Positions 42,606 through 42,977 of a stretch of 42,977 bases of DNA are shown here, piece after piece (the stretch's first letter is position 1; every line of letters begins with the position of its first letter). A program made the translations under genes and the position numbers. The DNA is from a virus. Lineage: Duplodnaviria; Caudoviricetes. The stretch is taken from the IMG/VR virus record IMGVR_UViG_3300044499_000026, positions 1 through 42,977 of that record; one strand, given 5' to 3'. Below the pieces are notes generated by a model, which made no database searches, was not told where the DNA came from, and worked only from the letters and a program-made list of their open reading frames with translations.

Positions 42606-42833
42606 ATGGATATGGTAGTAATGAAGGGACGACCAGCGAAGTACGGCAGCGCCATGAGGAAGACCAGCATTATGTTGCCAGATATGTTGGTAGAGGCACT
42701 AGGGCAGGACGCGAAGAAGTCTGGCTTCAAGCATTGGTCTGAACAGGCCAGATGTGAATTAATGTCGCCTCGTGGAATGTGGAAGGAGATCAAACCTTAC
42801 TTACCGACTCAGGGGGCCCCTGGTAAGGCCTGA
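42606..42833 (+). CDS. Ribbon-helix-helix-like regulator (candidate repressor)
   Basis: AGGAGGAGG RBS; GRPAKY followed by RKTSIMLPDMLVEAL...WSEQAR (beta-strand-helix-helix pattern); divergent from the lytic operon. Confidence 0.65.
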   Translation: MDMVVMKGRPAKYGSAMRKTSIMLPDMLVEALGQDAKKSGFKHWSEQARCELMSPRGMWKEIKPYLPTQGAPGKA

Positions 42834-42852
42834 TGTCGGAAGAATTTTGGGG

Positions 42853-42878
42853 CCTGACGGTGGATAGTCTGAGTCAGA
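42853..42878 (+). repeat. att-associated direct repeat, copy 2 (phage-host junction)
   Basis: Identical to 1-26; here the palindrome extends to AGTCTGA-G-TCAGACT (42866-42880). Confidence 0.85.
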
Positions 42879-42976
42879 CTGTGCGCCTGTATCCGATCCA
42901 CCGTTAGGCTTCCCAGAATCCGGTCTTTGATTTTCAACGGGACGGCGATCCACGCCTTGGTCTGCGTCAGCAGGGC
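42868..42976 (-). CDS. Fragment of a host GAF-domain protein gene interrupted at the phage junction
   Basis: Minus frame reads ALLTQTKAWIAVPLKIKDRILGSLTVDRIQAHSLTQ (GAF-like 'VPL...xLG.L' motif), then continues into phage sequence and stops at 42809. Confidence 0.7.
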
Positions 42977-42977
42977 G

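Larger units (their letters stand above)
1..42878. mobile_element. Complete temperate siphovirus genome / prophage (unit length about 42,852 bp)
   Basis: Integrase, replication, packaging, head, non-contractile tail and lysis modules lie in a coherent order between two identical 26-bp repeats; no sheath gene seen. Confidence 0.95.

Noticed and set aside
1-42878. Stop-codon reassignment or introns
   Set aside because: Core genes are intact under the standard code with tight stop/start coupling, and both homing endonucleases are free-standing.
1-42977. CRISPR array, tRNA/rRNA genes, reverse transcriptase/DGR or retron
   Set aside because: No regularly spaced repeat-spacer array, cloverleaf or RT motifs were seen by eye. 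The duplication in the fibre gene is in-frame protein repetition, not an adenine-specific TR/VR pair.

Overview
The window is essentially one complete ~42.85-kb temperate siphovirus genome or prophage. An exact 26-bp repeat (1-26 and 42853-42878) brackets it, and 99 bp of apparent host DNA follow, encoding part of a GAF-domain protein that the junction interrupts. Almost all genes lie on the minus strand. Reading right to left they are: an HTH/early region with RecT, nucleases, RusA, ParB, a HerA-like ATPase and a replication initiator with iterons; a lambda-like cos site and terminase; a small-ORF/terminator cassette; head genes (lambda-type portal, protease with nested scaffold, Mu gpT-like capsid); tail genes (with a -1 frameshift chaperone); and a gene-rich lysis region. 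Only the integrase, a BamE-like lipoprotein and a small RHH regulator are on the plus strand, and there is no classical CI repressor. The most unusual element is a ~6-kb cassette between the head and tail genes (12593-18505). It holds five fibre/spike/lectin-like proteins that all carry Sec signal peptides, and four of them have even cysteine counts, suggesting a virion appendage or surface structure matured in the periplasm. The host is tentatively Nitrospira-like (inference). All calls come from reading the sequence by eye; no database searches were run.
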